Origin: Octopus sinensis
Taxonomy: Eukaryota
Assembly (NCBI RefSeq): GCF_006345805.1
Contig: NC_043020.1
Span: 16,120,001 to 16,184,000, forward strand
Direction: 5' to 3'
DNA: 64,000 bases
The notes under the pieces were generated by a model. It was not told where the DNA came from, ran no database searches, and was given only the letters and a program-made list of their open reading frames with translations. Position numbers and translations under genes: made by a program. Below, one piece after another: positions 39,181 through 52,558 of the stretch. The first letter of the stretch is position 1, and each line of letters opens with the position of its first letter.

Positions 39181-39212
39181 CGTATGTATGTATGTATGTA
39201 TGTATGTATGTA

Positions 39213-39375
39213 TGAGAGGGTACTGAAATTTTCCTGGTTTTAAGGGTAATCGCAAAAGGCCTGGTTAAAGTCCCAACCTTCTGAGTTATTTTACAGGGCT
39301 TAAAAAAACATAAAGACTACTGTATGACCAATGAGTGTGTGGATTTGAGAGGGGAATATGCAAAATAAAATCATA
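39213..39375 (+). mobile_element. Mariner-derived MITE-like fragment
   Basis: GAGGGTACTGAAATTTTCCTGG start and GTGTGTGGATTTGAGAGGGGAATATG resembling a mariner C-terminus. Confidence 0.4.
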
Positions 39376-39479
39376 AGACTATTAGATGTTGTTAAACACC
39401 ACTAATCATAAGGTGCCTCATATACACTGTTGTAAGCTTCAAATAATGCTTCTTTTAAGTAATGCAAAAACCTTCAGTA

Positions 39480-40745
39480 CATGTTGTGGTATTTAGTCAA
39501 TTCAATTATTGAAAGATCCACAACATGTTCTTCATGAGCAATTCTGTAGAACACTGTCTGGGCAAGGAGAAGCTATCAAAAGGATTCCTCGTCAGAACTT
39601 GATTCCAGACCACAAAAGCTTCATCAAAGAAACATTTCTACACTCAAAAAACATTCTTAGACTCACAAAATGGTTGTGACTCAACTGAAAACTTTATAAA
39701 AGGAAATATCTAGATGCTATTGAATACAAATGTATATGAAATAAATAGACTTGCTGAAAAGTTTCTAGGTGACTCAAAAGTCTAGATCTCTGATGATTCA
39801 ATATTAAAAGATGATCAAAAACATGCCATTCTAATGGAATACCTTGGTAGCATGATAACCATGTCACCTACCTGACCATGAACTGGTGCCAAAAATTGGT
39901 CCCCCTACACTTTTACTCTTTACTCTTTTACTTGTTTCAGTCATTTGACTGCGGCCATGCTGGAGCACCGCCTTTAGTCGAGCAAATCGACCCCGGGACT
40001 TATTCTTTGTAAGCCTAGTACTTATTCTATCGGTCTCTTTTGCCGAACTGCTAAGTGACAGGGACGTAAACCCACCAGCATCGGTTGTCAAGCAATGCTA
40101 GGGGGACAAACACAGACACGCAAACACACACCACACACATATATATATATATACATATATACTGCAGGCTTCTTTCAGTTTCCGTTTACCAAATCCACTC
40201 ACAAGGCATTGGTCGGCCTGATGGCTACAGCAGAAGACACTTGCCCAAGATGCCACACAGTGGAACTGAACCCAGAACCATATGGTTGGTAAGCAAGCTG
40301 CTTACCACACAGCCATTCCTGTGCCTATGTTATTTTCTTACTTAACTGACAAACAAATTCAGCATAATGTCTCTGAAATGAGATTGGAATGAATGTCATC
40401 TAGCTGGTGAAAATGTTTGTTAAAAATAAAGATTTCAATCAGAACAATGAAAAGTCTCCAGGTCTTTTTCACCTTGTATCCCTCACCATGACAGAGACAA
40501 CGAATTATCTTCCACCATCATCAGGTAACTATTTTTCATCAGAAACTGTTCATACAGAGACAATAGATAAACACCATGGACAAGAAAATTATGGAGTTGG
40601 AATCAACTTACCAAGGCCCATTTTATTAGCTTATGGTCAACTATACACAGCATTTTCAGTCAAAAAGACATTCCTATGTCAAAGTCTTATTTGACAACAA
40701 TCCCGTTGGACTCACAGAAGACATTGGTTTCAAAGACCTACTGTA
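39480..40745 (+). mobile_element. Helitron RepHel PIF1-like helicase C-terminal relic, split by a SINE-B
   Basis: NVYEIN...GDSKV*IS.DS...MEYL...PDHELV.KIG, then TIDKHHGQ...VGINLPRP...GQLYTAFS. Confidence 0.7.
39908..40325 (-). mobile_element. SINE-B inserted in the Helitron relic
   Basis: Full-length homologue. Confidence 0.88.
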
Positions 40746-40757
40746 GGTAATCTTTCA

Positions 40758-41000
40758 TCTTTTATGTTTTACTTGTTTCGGTCATTAGACTGTGACCATG
40801 CTGGGGCACCACCTTGAAGAATTTTTTTTCCCTTTTTTGAATGAGTTGACCCAAGTCCTTAGTGCATTTTTAAAGCCTGGAACTTATTCTATTGGTCTCA
40901 TTTGCCAGACTGCTAAGTTACTGGGGCATAAACACACCAACACTGTTTGTAAAGCGGTGGGATGGGGTGGGAGGCAATCAGATAGAAAGACCACATACAC
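40758..41000 (-). mobile_element. SINE-B 3' half
   Basis: Homologous tail. Confidence 0.65.
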
Positions 41001-41286
41001 ACACATACACACACACATACACACACACATACACACAACACACACACACACACGCACACACAAACACACACACAAACACACACACACACACACACACAAC
41101 ACACACATTGATCTTGTTTTTACAAAATTTTTCACATGGATTTGTAACCACTAAGCAAATTTTATTCCCATTTGGTTAATTTTCCACCAAAGGTTTTTTT
41201 CTCTATATCTACATTGCATTTGTTATCTTCTTATGTATATATAACACATGTACCACACAAATAACTCTTGGTTTTAACTACTACCT

Positions 41287-41518
41287 ATTTCTTTACTACC
41301 CACAAGGGGCTAAACACAGAGAGGACAAACAAGGACAGACAAACAGATTAAGTCGATTATATCGACCCCAGTGCATAACTGGTACTTATTTAATCGACCC
41401 CAAAAGAATGAAAGACAAAGTCGACCTCGGCGGAATTTGAACTCAGAACATAACAGCAGACGAAATACCACTAAGCATTTCGCCTGACATGCTAACGATT
41501 CTGCCAACACGCCGCCTT
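41287..41518 (-). mobile_element. SINE-C
   Basis: Homologous to 15165-15401. Confidence 0.85.
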
Positions 41519-41714
41519 TAACTATTACCATAAGGGCAACCACCCAGCAAATGTTAAGTTGTTATTTAGGATTGCCTTGCAGCAGCACTTCCCAAACTTA
41601 TTTTGTTGTGGAACCCTCTAAAGTGGTATTCTGAAATAGTGGCACTCACACCCATATTTAATTCTTTAGCATTCAGATTCCTTTGTCAAATGTAATTTAT
41701 TCACATAGGCTTGA

Positions 41715-42712
41715 AAGAAATGAAGCTAGTATGATCCGCTGGATGTGTAGTGTCAATGTGCATACATGACTGAGTGTAAGCACCCTGAGAGAAAAGTTGG
41801 GCATAAGAGGCATCAGATGTGGTGTGCAAGAGAGGCTACTGCGCTGGTATGGTCATGTGTTATGTATGGATGAAGACAGCTGTGTGAGGAAGTGCCAATC
41901 CCTAACTGTAGAAGGAAGCTGTTGAAGAATAGCCTGCTGTATACACCTCACTTGGATATTTGCTATCACCACCATAACTACCACCACAAATACAACTACT
42001 ATGCACACAACCATCACCACAACCAGAATGCCAAACTCTACAGTCACCATCACCAAAACCAGCTCAGCAACCACCACCACCATAACAGGAAGACATGGAT
42101 GAGGTGATGAAGCATGACCTTTGAACATTGGGCCTCAGAGAGGCAATGACAGGAGACTGTGATTGAGATGACCCAGCAACTAAAGTGACATCACAGCTAC
42201 GCATGTCCAGCCTTGCTAAGTATATCCTTGATGCGTAAGGTGATACGATATGCTTGAGAATACCTGTTGAGTCAAGTAAAACCAATATCATAGCTGTGGC
42301 CAGTGACTCCTGACTGGCTCCTGTGCCAGTGTGACACGTATAAAGCACCATCCAAACGTGACTGAGGCCAAGTCTGCCTGACTGGCTCCTGTTCTGGTGA
42401 CACATAAAAATCACCAACCAAATGTGACCAATGCCAGTATCCCTAGACTGGCTTCCATGCCAGTAGCATGTAAAAAGCACGATCTGAACATGGTCGATAT
42501 CAGGCCCGCCTAACTGGCTCCTGTGCCAGTGGCACATGAAAGGCACCCACTACACTCTTGGAATGGTTGGCATTAGGAAGAGCATCCAGCTGTAGAAACA
42601 TTGCTAGATCAGATTGGAGCCTGGTATAGCTGCTGACTCTCCAAACCTCAGTCATACTGTCCAACTAATGCCAGCATGGAAAACTGACATTAAACGATGA
42701 TGATGATGGTGA
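41715..42712 (+). mobile_element. RTE LINE 3' fragment with a foreign 158-bp insert (41929-42086)
   Basis: RNEASMIRWMC...LRWYGHV, then the insert, then RKTW-like sequence, 3'UTR and (GAT)n. Confidence 0.85.
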
Positions 42713-43659
42713 TGTTTTAAATTAATCATGTATCATCTCGTAGCTTCAATATTTCAACGATGTGATTGTTTATTTATTTTAGGACATTTTAGGACTGGTG
42801 TGAGAGGCCAGATCTGGCCAGTTTGAACATAAAACCAGTAGAATATTTGGACTGCCTATGGTCGTTTTAAATGCTAAAGGGTTTACATAAACCTCATTCC
42901 AGTAAATGGAAACGACATCATTTTAGAGGGAGAATTGATTCTTGTGAAAAAAAAAAAGAAAGAAAACCAACAAAGATCTTGCCTGAATGCATGTAATAGA
43001 GTGAACCCTGCTAATGGTACCCAAGGGTGTCAGGTGGTTGTGGTGGTGGTGGCGACAATGGCAGCGGCGGTGGTGGAGGTGGTGGAGGTAGTGGATGGTT
43101 ATAGTGGAAGTGATTCTGGTGATGAGGTTTGTGGTGGTGGTTGTGGTGAAGGTGGCAGTGATGATGATGATAATGATAATGATGATGATGATGATAATGA
43201 TGATGATGATGATGATGAATATATCACTTATGAAGTACAATGGCTGTGCTGCTGGACTACTGTCCTCAAGGTCACAGGTTTTGGTCATACTCTTGCCAGT
43301 GTATGGGGTACCACTAAGAGCTCATATTTGCTTGAGTGGACCAGGTAACGGATTGCATTTACCATTTCATGATTGAGTGCACTGTTCACCTCTGTTTGTG
43401 TGCATGCGTGCATGCATGTGCACCTATGCGCTCTGCAATTATCTCGTGCACACCGAAGAAATTAATCAGTGCATGAGAAAATTAATGCTCACACAAAATG
43501 TTAGTTTCCAAAAGTATTGGTGTATTAATTAATGATTGTACTCGAAACACTTTTAATGTCACATGTACTTTTGTCACAGAGGAATAATTTGCACAGTCTT
43601 AGATTTTCTGCACTTATTTTCACCATCATGATCTCCACTACTGCTGCCTCCAAGGTCAT

Positions 43660-43883
43660 TGCTACTGCCACCACCACCACCACCACCACATTATCATCAT
43701 CATCATCATCATCATCATCATCGTCGTCGTCATCATCATCATCATCAATATCATCATCAGCCTTATCATCATCATCGTCGTTGTCAGCATCATCACCATC
43801 ATTATCATCATTGTGGACATTATCCTCCTCCTTATCGTCACCCTCATCAACACCATCATCATCATCATCATCACTACCACCAC

Positions 43884-43919
<36 letters not shown>

Positions 43920-44101
43920 TGTCATCATGGTCATCAATATTACCGTCATCATTATCTTTGTCATCATCATCATCGTTGTCATCAGCATCACCATCATCGT
44001 CATCATTATCATCATCATCATCGTTGTCGTTGTTGTCGTCATCATTATCATCATTGATGTCATCCTCCTCCTCATCCTCACCCTCATCAACACCAACATT
44101 G

Positions 44102-44140
<39 letters not shown>

Positions 44141-44190
44141 CTGTCATCGTCATTGTTGTCACGATCATTATTGCCACATCATAAGTCATC
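43660..44190. repeat. (CAT)n imperfect microsatellite
   Basis: Direct reading. Confidence 0.95.
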
Positions 44191-45160
44191 ATTTTAATTT
44201 TTACAAACATTTTTTTCTCATTTTTTTTTCCTAGCTGGCATTTGCTGGATAAAACACGACTTCTTGGCTGGATGCTCTTCCTGATGCCAACACTTAATAT
44301 TTAAGCAAAAAATGTATTTATTCCACCTCTGTCTTCCTATATCAAACTGCTACCAGACTTTTCATCACATATTTGTGTATAAGAATTCTTCTAAAGAAAT
44401 ATCCCAAAGAGTTTTTTTCCTTTTCTTTTCTTTTCTTTCTTGTTCCTATTGAATTATTTCCTTATCAGAAATTTTTCTACAAGATTGACATATGCAATTT
44501 TATTAAGATATCCTGAAGACAAAACAAAAATATAGCAAATAAAAATGATAACAAAAAGAGAAAGCTCAGCACAATTCCCAATAGCCACATATGTATTTTG
44601 CTAAAACATAGAATTAAAGTCAAAGATAGATGCAATGGAATAGCTAAACCATTCTTGTTAAGAACTAAGAGTTGTCTACATGATTTATTATCAAGATCTC
44701 TAATATTATATCTTTACCTTTTCTTCATTCTTTTCTTTTTAAAATATTTGGCGATATTTCGGTGATATTTTAAATTCAATTTGACTATATTATATTGTGT
44801 ACATATATGTATATATATATTTATATATATGTGCGTGTGTGTGTGTGTTTTTCAGTTTTTGCGTTTTCCACTTGTGAAACAGTTGATAAAAATATATCTT
44901 TTTTTTTATGCCAAATTAAACTTAGATAATAAATCTTTAATCTAACTTTCCCTGTGCAGAATAAATCAGCTATTTATTTGGCCTCAAGCAGCTATAATTC
45001 GGTACAGTAAACAAATATTCTGATCTCAGGGAATATTTCTACACACACACACACACACATTTATATATATTGATATTAGATATATATGTGTGTGTGTATG
45101 ATGATATATATAATATATATATATATATAATATATATACATATTATTTATATATATATAC

Positions 45161-45212
<52 letters not shown>

Positions 45213-45470
45213 TACATATATGTGTGTGTGTGTATGCATATATGTATATGTATGTGTGTGTGTGTGTATACATATATGTGGTGTATGTATATATATATAT
45301 ATATATGAACACATGCACACACACACACATATATATTAATGTATATATATCGATATATATATATATATGTGTGTATACACACACATACTAATATATATAT
45401 ATATATTATATATACACACATTCATGCAGTTACTGACACTATGATACTACTGCCACTACTGTTACTACTA

Positions 45471-45530
<60 letters not shown>

Positions 45531-46697
45531 GAAACACCTTTCCTTTGTCGGAGAAAAAGAGGCAATAAGAAAAATAATAAATAACTAAAACAAAACGTGA
45601 TTATTGATGGTGTGAGAATAATAAAAACTATGAGATGAAGAAGACAAGGATTAGAACGAAACAATGTACTCAATTAGCATTTAGTCAGTGTGAAAATTCA
45701 TCAACCAGAATTCTGGGTTTGCTGAAGAAATCTCTGTAGAGTCTAAATGTTTAACGAACTCCCAAATCTCTCTACTTCCATATTTTCCTGCACATAACTT
45801 ACACACATATGCACAGGCACACACACACACACAACACACACACATACACATGCACAAATACACACACTCTCACACACATACACACGCACAAATACACACA
45901 CTCTCACACATATACACACACTTATATGCATACAACATACACGCAAGTGTGAGCATACACATTACTTCAATGGAGAATGAGTATTGCTTTTTTTGTCAAG
46001 TTTGTTTTTTGTGTGCTATTTTGTTGTTTTTTTGTGGGGGGTGGGGGTATTTTCTTTTTTGCTTGTTTTCTGTCGTATAAATGCTGGGCCGAAAGGCTTA
46101 AACTGTTAGCTGATTTAGCACCACGACTACCCCCTCCTGCTACCAACACCACACCACAACTTACCACCACCACCACCATCACCACCACCACTACCATCAA
46201 CACCATACCAACACCACCACCACCACCACTACCACCACCACTACCACCACCACCACCGCCACCACCACTACAACAGCAACCACCATCACAACCCACATCA
46301 CCACAGCTGCCACCACCGCTAAAGCCACTACAACAATTCTCTACTACTTCCAACACCCCCGTAACTATCACCACCATAACTACCACCACTAATACAACCA
46401 CTATACACACAACCATCACCACAACCAGAATGCCAGTCACCACAGTCACCACCACCAAGACCAGCTCAGCAACCATCACCACCACCACCACCACCACCAC
46501 CACCATAACCATCACTACTACCACCATAACAACAACTATTACTGCCACCACCTAACACCCTCAGGTGTCAGCAGCAGGGTCTACTCAATCGCAGACATCC
46601 ATTGTAGAACTCAAATCTTTCAGACTCCCACCATTCCTCATACCAGTTTCAGAGATTCTGGAAAACATCAAAGTACTGCTTTTTCCTCCTCTCACCA

Positions 46698-46710
46698 AAC
46701 CAATAATAAT

Positions 46711-46770
<60 letters not shown>

Positions 46771-46919
46771 AAGAAGAAGAAGAAGAAGAAGAAGAAGAAG
46801 AAGAAGAAGAAGAAGAAAAGAAGAAGAGCAGGAAGAAGAAGAAGAAGAAGAAGAAGAAGAAGAAGAAGAAGAAGAAGAAGAACAACAACAACAACAGCAA
46901 CAACAATAATAATAATAAT

Positions 46920-46953
<34 letters not shown>

Positions 46954-46970
46954 TAATAATAATAATAATA
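46698..46970. repeat. Compound (AAT)n(AAG)n(AAC)n(AAT)n microsatellite
   Basis: Direct reading. Confidence 0.97.
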
Positions 46971-47104
46971 GACATCCACTAGTACAACACCAAAAAAAAA
47001 CAACCAAATATATGGCACACTAGGCATAACAACAAGGTGAACTTCCAACCTGTTGTACAAATATAAAGCAAAAGTCAAACATAGAATAATAATAATAATA
47101 ATAA

Positions 47105-47340
47105 AAATGGAGCTGACCCAAAATACCAATTCTGTAACGGTGAGATTGAAACTATAAGCCACCTAATCTCAGGGTGTAGAGTCTTAGCACCTGTAGAATA
47201 TAAAGCAAGACATGACAGAGTCAGCCAGTAGTTACCCTGGACAATATGTTGACATTATAAAATCAAAACTGCTGACAAATGGTATAAACACCATCCTGAA
47301 GCTGTGACTGAGGGAGAAAATGTGTTGCTGTGGAAAACAA
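47105..47340 (+). mobile_element. R4/Dong-like non-LTR fragment (CCHC finger region)
   Basis: FCNGEIETISHLISGCRVLAPVEYKARHD...KWYKHHPEAVTEGEN; flanked by (AAT)n. Confidence 0.75.
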
Positions 47341-47596
47341 CGGCCATTCATGAATTTATTTATTTATTTATTTTAAATACATATTTTACCTGTGAATTTG
47401 CATGTGTAATCTGGGAATGCATAGAATGAGCTTCTCTGCCCTAGGTGTATGGGAAACACTTGGCAAAATTGAAGAAAATTTGAAGAAAGAAGGAAATAAA
47501 ACAATAATAATAATAATAATAATAAAGATGATGATGATGATGATAATAATAATAATAATGATAATGATGATGATGATGATAATAATAATAATAATA

Positions 47597-47634
<38 letters not shown>

Positions 47635-47636
<2 letters not shown>

Positions 47637-47843
47637 CCTTTCTACTATAGGCACAAGGCCTGCAATTTGGTGGAGGGGTAGTCGATTTCATCAACCCCTG
47701 TGTATAACTGGTGCTTATTTCCTTGTCCTAAAAGGATGAAAAGCAAAATTGAACCCAGCAACATCTGAACTCAGAACGTAAAGATGGACGAAATGCCACT
47801 AAGCATTTTGCTGGTGTGCTAATGATTCTGCCAGCTCACTGCC

Positions 47844-47898
<55 letters not shown>

Positions 47899-48180
47899 TA
47901 ATAATGATAAATAATAATAATAATAATAAATAATAGATAATGATGATGATGATGATGATGATGATAATAATAATAATAATAATAATAATCCTTTCTGTTA
48001 TAAACACAAGGCCTGAAATTTACTGGAAGTGGGATTAGTCGATTGCATCAACCCCAGTTTTTCGCTGGTACTCAATTTATCAACCCTAAAAGGATGAAAA
48101 GCAAAGTCAACCTTCGCAGAATTTGAACTCAGAACATAGTGACTGACAAAATACCACTAAGCATGTCATCCAGTGTGCAA
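47635..48180 (-). mobile_element. Two SINE-C copies separated by (AAT)n
   Basis: 47635-47845 and 47990-48180 are homologous to other SINE-C copies. Confidence 0.7.
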
Positions 48181-48191
48181 TAATAATAATA

Positions 48192-48573
48192 GTGGAGGCG
48201 CAATGGCCCAGTGGTTAGGGCAGCGGACTCGTGGTCGTAGGATCGCGGTTTCGATTCCCAGACCGGGCGTTGTGAGTGTTTATTGAGCGAAAACACCTAA
48301 AAGCTCCACGAGGCTCCGGCAGGGATGGTGGTGATCCCTGCTGTACTCTTTCACCACAACTTTCTCTCACTCTTACTTCCTGTTTCTGATGTACCTGTAT
48401 TTCAAAGGGCCGACCTTGTCACTCTCTGTGTCACGCTGAATATCCCCGAGAACTACGTTAAGGGTACACATGTCTGTGGAGTGCTCAGCCACTTACACAT
48501 TAATTTCACGAGCAGGCTGTTCCGTTGATTGGATCAACCGGAACCCTCGTCGTCATAACCGACGGAGTGCTTC
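48192..48573 (+). mobile_element. SINE-A (head A1 + tail i), young
   Basis: Nearly identical to 28418-28801; A-rich end. Confidence 0.9.
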
Positions 48574-48618
48574 AAAAAAAAAAATAATAATGATAATAAT
48601 AATAATAATAATAATAAT

Positions 48619-48663
<45 letters not shown>

Positions 48664-48670
48664 GATGATG

Positions 48671-48713
<43 letters not shown>

Positions 48714-48734
48714 TAATAATAATAATAATAATGA

Positions 48735-49755
48735 TCTTGACCAAAAGAATGCCATAAAGGAGTTAGAACCAGCAGTGGGCTACAAATACCTTGGGGTATT
48801 TGAAGGTGATAGAATCAAACACTCAAAGATGAGAGAAAGGATCAGAAAAGAATGTTATTGCAGGGTAAGGGCAATACTCAAGACAGAGCTGAATGCAAGA
48901 AACAGGATCGAAGCAATCAATACTTTTGCCATACTAGTCGTGACTTAATTTTAATATCATTAACTGGTCAATTACTGAAATATATAATCTTGACAGAAAA
49001 ATACGAAAATTGTTGACAGTGCATAGAATGCACCACCCTAAGGCAGATATAGAATGACATTGCCTACCAAGAAAAGAGGGTGGCAATGGACTTTTACAAC
49101 TGGAATTAACAATGAAGATTACCACAATTGGCCTAAACATCCTCCTGAAAAACTCTGAGGACTGGATGTTAAAACTTACATCAAGGCATGTAAAGAAGAA
49201 AACATCATACTCAGTAACAAAACAGGCAATGACATATCTAAGTGAATTCCAAAATCAACAAATCCCTGAATTAGACGTATTGGAAACGAGCACAGAAAAA
49301 GCTAAGTGTATGAAACCCCATGCTAAAACTGTTGCCTTAGATTTTCTTGCTGATAAATGGCAAGAAAAACCTCTCAATGGCAAATACCCAAAGAGATCTA
49401 ATAATGCCAATGTCAATAAAGCCCTTACTCATCAATGGTTAGTGTCTTCTGGCTTAAAATCAGAAACAGAAGGGTTTATCATAACAACCCAAGATCAATG
49501 CCTACTTACAAGGAGCTACCAGGCCAACATATTAAAGAACAGCAGTAGCCCAACATATGTATGTGAACCACAAAATGAAACCATCGATCATGTTGTCTCC
49601 ATGTGCAGTCTTCTTGCGCCTACAGAGTATCTCGGCAGGCATAATAGAGCAGCACAGTACATTCACTGGGTAATTTGTAAAAACCTGGAGCTGCCCAATG
49701 ATAAAAACTGATGGGAACACAAAGCACCTCAAGTGCTTGAAAATGACAACATACA
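48735..49755 (+). mobile_element. R4/Dong-like non-LTR retrotransposon fragment (RT thumb to CCHC)
   Basis: YKYLG...ELNARNRIEAINTFA...DRKIRKLL..HHPKAD..LPRKEGG.GL; SGLKSETEGFI...QDQ; ETIDHVVSMC...RHN. Confidence 0.85.
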
Positions 49756-49819
49756 GTACGGTGAAGCTTTAGAGATATAAAAATACAGTTGCTAAGATAT
49801 ATAGAATAGAATGATAGAT

Positions 49820-50208
49820 GAGTGGCTGTGTGGTAAGTAGCTTGTTTACCAACCACATTGTTCTGGGTTCAGTCCCACTGCATGGCACCTTGGGCAAGTA
49901 TCTTCTACTATAGCCTTGGGCCGACCAAAGCCTTATGAGTGGATTTGGTAGACGGAAACTGAAAGAAGCCCGTCGTATATATATATGCGTGTGTGTGTTT
50001 GTGTGTCTGTGTTTGTCCCCCTAGCATTGCTTGACAACCGATGCTGGTGTGTTTATGTCCCCGTTACTTAGCGGTTCAGCAAAAAGGGACCGATAGAATA
50101 AGTACTGGGCTTACAAAAGAATAAGTCCCAGGGTCGAGTTGCTCAATTGAAGGCGGTGCTCCAGCATGGCCGCAGTAAAAATGACTGAAACAAGTAAAAA
50201 AGAAAAGA
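49820..50208 (+). mobile_element. SINE-B
   Basis: Full-length homologue. Confidence 0.88.
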
Positions 50209-50335
50209 GAGAGAAAGTACCTTCATAGAGGTATATGGAGTTGATGTCTCAACATCTAAATGCTGTTTCATCTACTGGGATACAGTACAGGTGTAGAGAT
50301 TATGCTGTGTGTGGATGTAGGTGTGTGGCTTAGTG

Positions 50336-50670
50336 GTGAAGGCACCTGGCTTATCGGTTTGGGTATTTGGCTCACGATTGTAAAGTCATGATTTCAATTC
50401 CTGGAGATGCATTGTGTCCTTGAGCAAGATACTTCACTTCATGTTACTCCAGCTCACTCAGCTGACAGAAATGAGTTGCACCTGTAAAGAGCATAGGGCC
50501 AGTCTCCTGGTTTCTCTGGAATATATATTCCTCCTTGGATGGGGTGATAGTTCATCGTAGGATTACTTATTCTTATCAGTTGAACACAACACACCACCTG
50601 GTCCAGGAATCAAAGCCTCAACGATACAATCGTGAATCCAACACCATGGCCACTAAGCCATGAACCTCCA
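50336..50670. mobile_element. Degraded SINE-A pieces in both orientations
   Basis: A0 head (+) from 50336; inverted head piece at about 50590-50670. Confidence 0.55.
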
Positions 50671-51682
50671 CAAGCCATCCAAGAATTTGGACCTGGAGAT
50701 CTCCATTTTCAGCGACTTCGAGGGCCACCTCCCAGTGGTGTCAGGCGTCAATGAAGAGCCCTCGACTACAAGACGACCAAAGTTTTTTTTTCCAAGGTCT
50801 GGGGTCTCCCGCCCCTAAGCCTTAGACCATCACCTAATCACCCTTACCCGTCTTGTTGCTTAACAACAACAACAAACATCCACAAGGTAGACAAGACAGC
50901 TTAGAAATTCTTTCATGTGCTACCCTTTTGACCACTTCTCTGTGTGTTTCCTTTCTCATTCTGTGTGTGTGTGTGTATGTGCGTGAGTGTGTGTGTGTAT
51001 GTGTGTGTGTGTGTGTGTGTGTCTCTATTTCATTCCCTGTCTCATCTCCTTCACTCCCTCTCCATCTCACTCTCCATCTCACTCTCCATCTCCCTCTCCC
51101 TCTTCCTTATGCTTTTCCTCTCTACGATTTACTGCTGTAATCTGTTCTCTACATCAAATTTCCTCCCATCATAACAGAGACATTCCATGCAGACCTGTCA
51201 TGTCATATCATTTCCTGTTCTGCAATTAACATAATTATATGTTTAACATAATTACACATTTACTCAGCATCTTATCATTTATCATCACAAGAGAAATATC
51301 GATGCAAAAATACAAGGAGAGACATTTTGAAATCATTTATTTTCTTTTTCCTTCTAAGATAAACAATTTTTCATGTGACAACCTTGTTTTCTTGTTACAA
51401 AGTTTGAAATACCTTGCAATCTTGGTGTAATGCAAAAATTTAATTGGAACTGCACACAATACTGTCGATCGGCGGTCCTTGTTGTGACTTGACAGACAGC
51501 AAAAACACTCAGTACAATATCTTCAGACTATAACATCACAATACTAGATACTGTGTGACGTTTTAAGTAATCATAATCAGCGGTGTTTGGCAATAGCTAT
51601 CCGTCAAACTCCCATACCTTCTGGAGAAGGAAGAGAAGTGGAAGGCAAAAATATAAAAAAGAAATTTTTTTTCTGTATTTTT

Positions 51683-51902
51683 TTCTGTACTTGTTTCAGT
51701 CATTTGACTGCGGCCATGCTGGAGCACCGCCTTTTAGAGTGGTGAAAGAGTACAGCAGGGATCACCACCTCCTGCCGGAGCCTCGTGGAGCTTTTAGGTG
51801 TTTTTCGCTCAATAAACACACACAACGCCCGGTCTGGGAATCGAAACCGCGATCCTCCGACCGCAAGTCCGCTGCCCTAACCACTAGGCCATTGCGCCTC
51901 CA
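51683..51902 (-). mobile_element. SINE-B tail fused to a SINE-A1 head
   Basis: Both segments are homologous to full copies. Confidence 0.75.
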
Positions 51903-52012
51903 CAATTTATGGAAAATCTTTTTTTTCTTTTTGCCAGAATTTAGTAGCTGATATACAAAGTAACAAATTGGTCATATACCCTGTATACATACATGCATAC
52001 ATATATATATAT

Positions 52013-52515
52013 ATCTATTATATAAAATTCGTTCTGTCTGTCTGCGTGCGTCTCTTCTAGGATCTCGGGCATCCTCCATCCAATTACGCTCAAATTTGAT
52101 ATGTAGATACCAACGGTATCAGGGCGTGTATAAGTCTTGAAAAAATTACAAAAATCGATTCCAGGTGAATGCAATCGATAAAGTCGTGGGAATGTGCATT
52201 TGTATGTGCAAGTACATCAGCTCTTGCGATCAATACTATGCACACATTAGAAAAATGCATGTGCAGTTTGCGCAAAAAAAGCCAGAGACCAAAAAAGTAA
52301 GATGCAAAAGAAATATTTTCTTCAAACTTGGCATGAAGGAAGGAAAGACTATTTGGTTTCTCAAGAAGTTTTCTTTTTGCTTTAATTTCATTTAAAACCA
52401 AAAATTTTATTGAAATAAAGGCATGCTTAATTATTTTTTAATGAAAAGAAAACACTGATTGCTTTTTATTCAGCCAATGATTCAGCACCGTCCATTGGAC
52501 GGGGGACGTTTTGCT

Positions 52516-52518
<3 letters not shown>
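52013..52518 (-). mobile_element. Non-autonomous Helitron-like element
   Basis: The minus strand begins ACAAGC with a CCGTCC-AAT-GGACGG hairpin and ends GACAGACAGAACGAATTTTATATAATAGAT. Confidence 0.55.

Positions 52519-52558
<40 letters not shown>

Noticed and set aside
45681-45800. Minus-strand ORF end GKYGSREIWEFVKHLD...
   Set aside because: Weak acceptor next to (TG)n and no recognisable domain.
45977-46555. Pro/Thr-rich 192-aa ORF (mucin-like)
   Set aside because: Mostly (ACC)n low-complexity sequence, no credible start or splice context, and part of it is duplicated inside a LINE.
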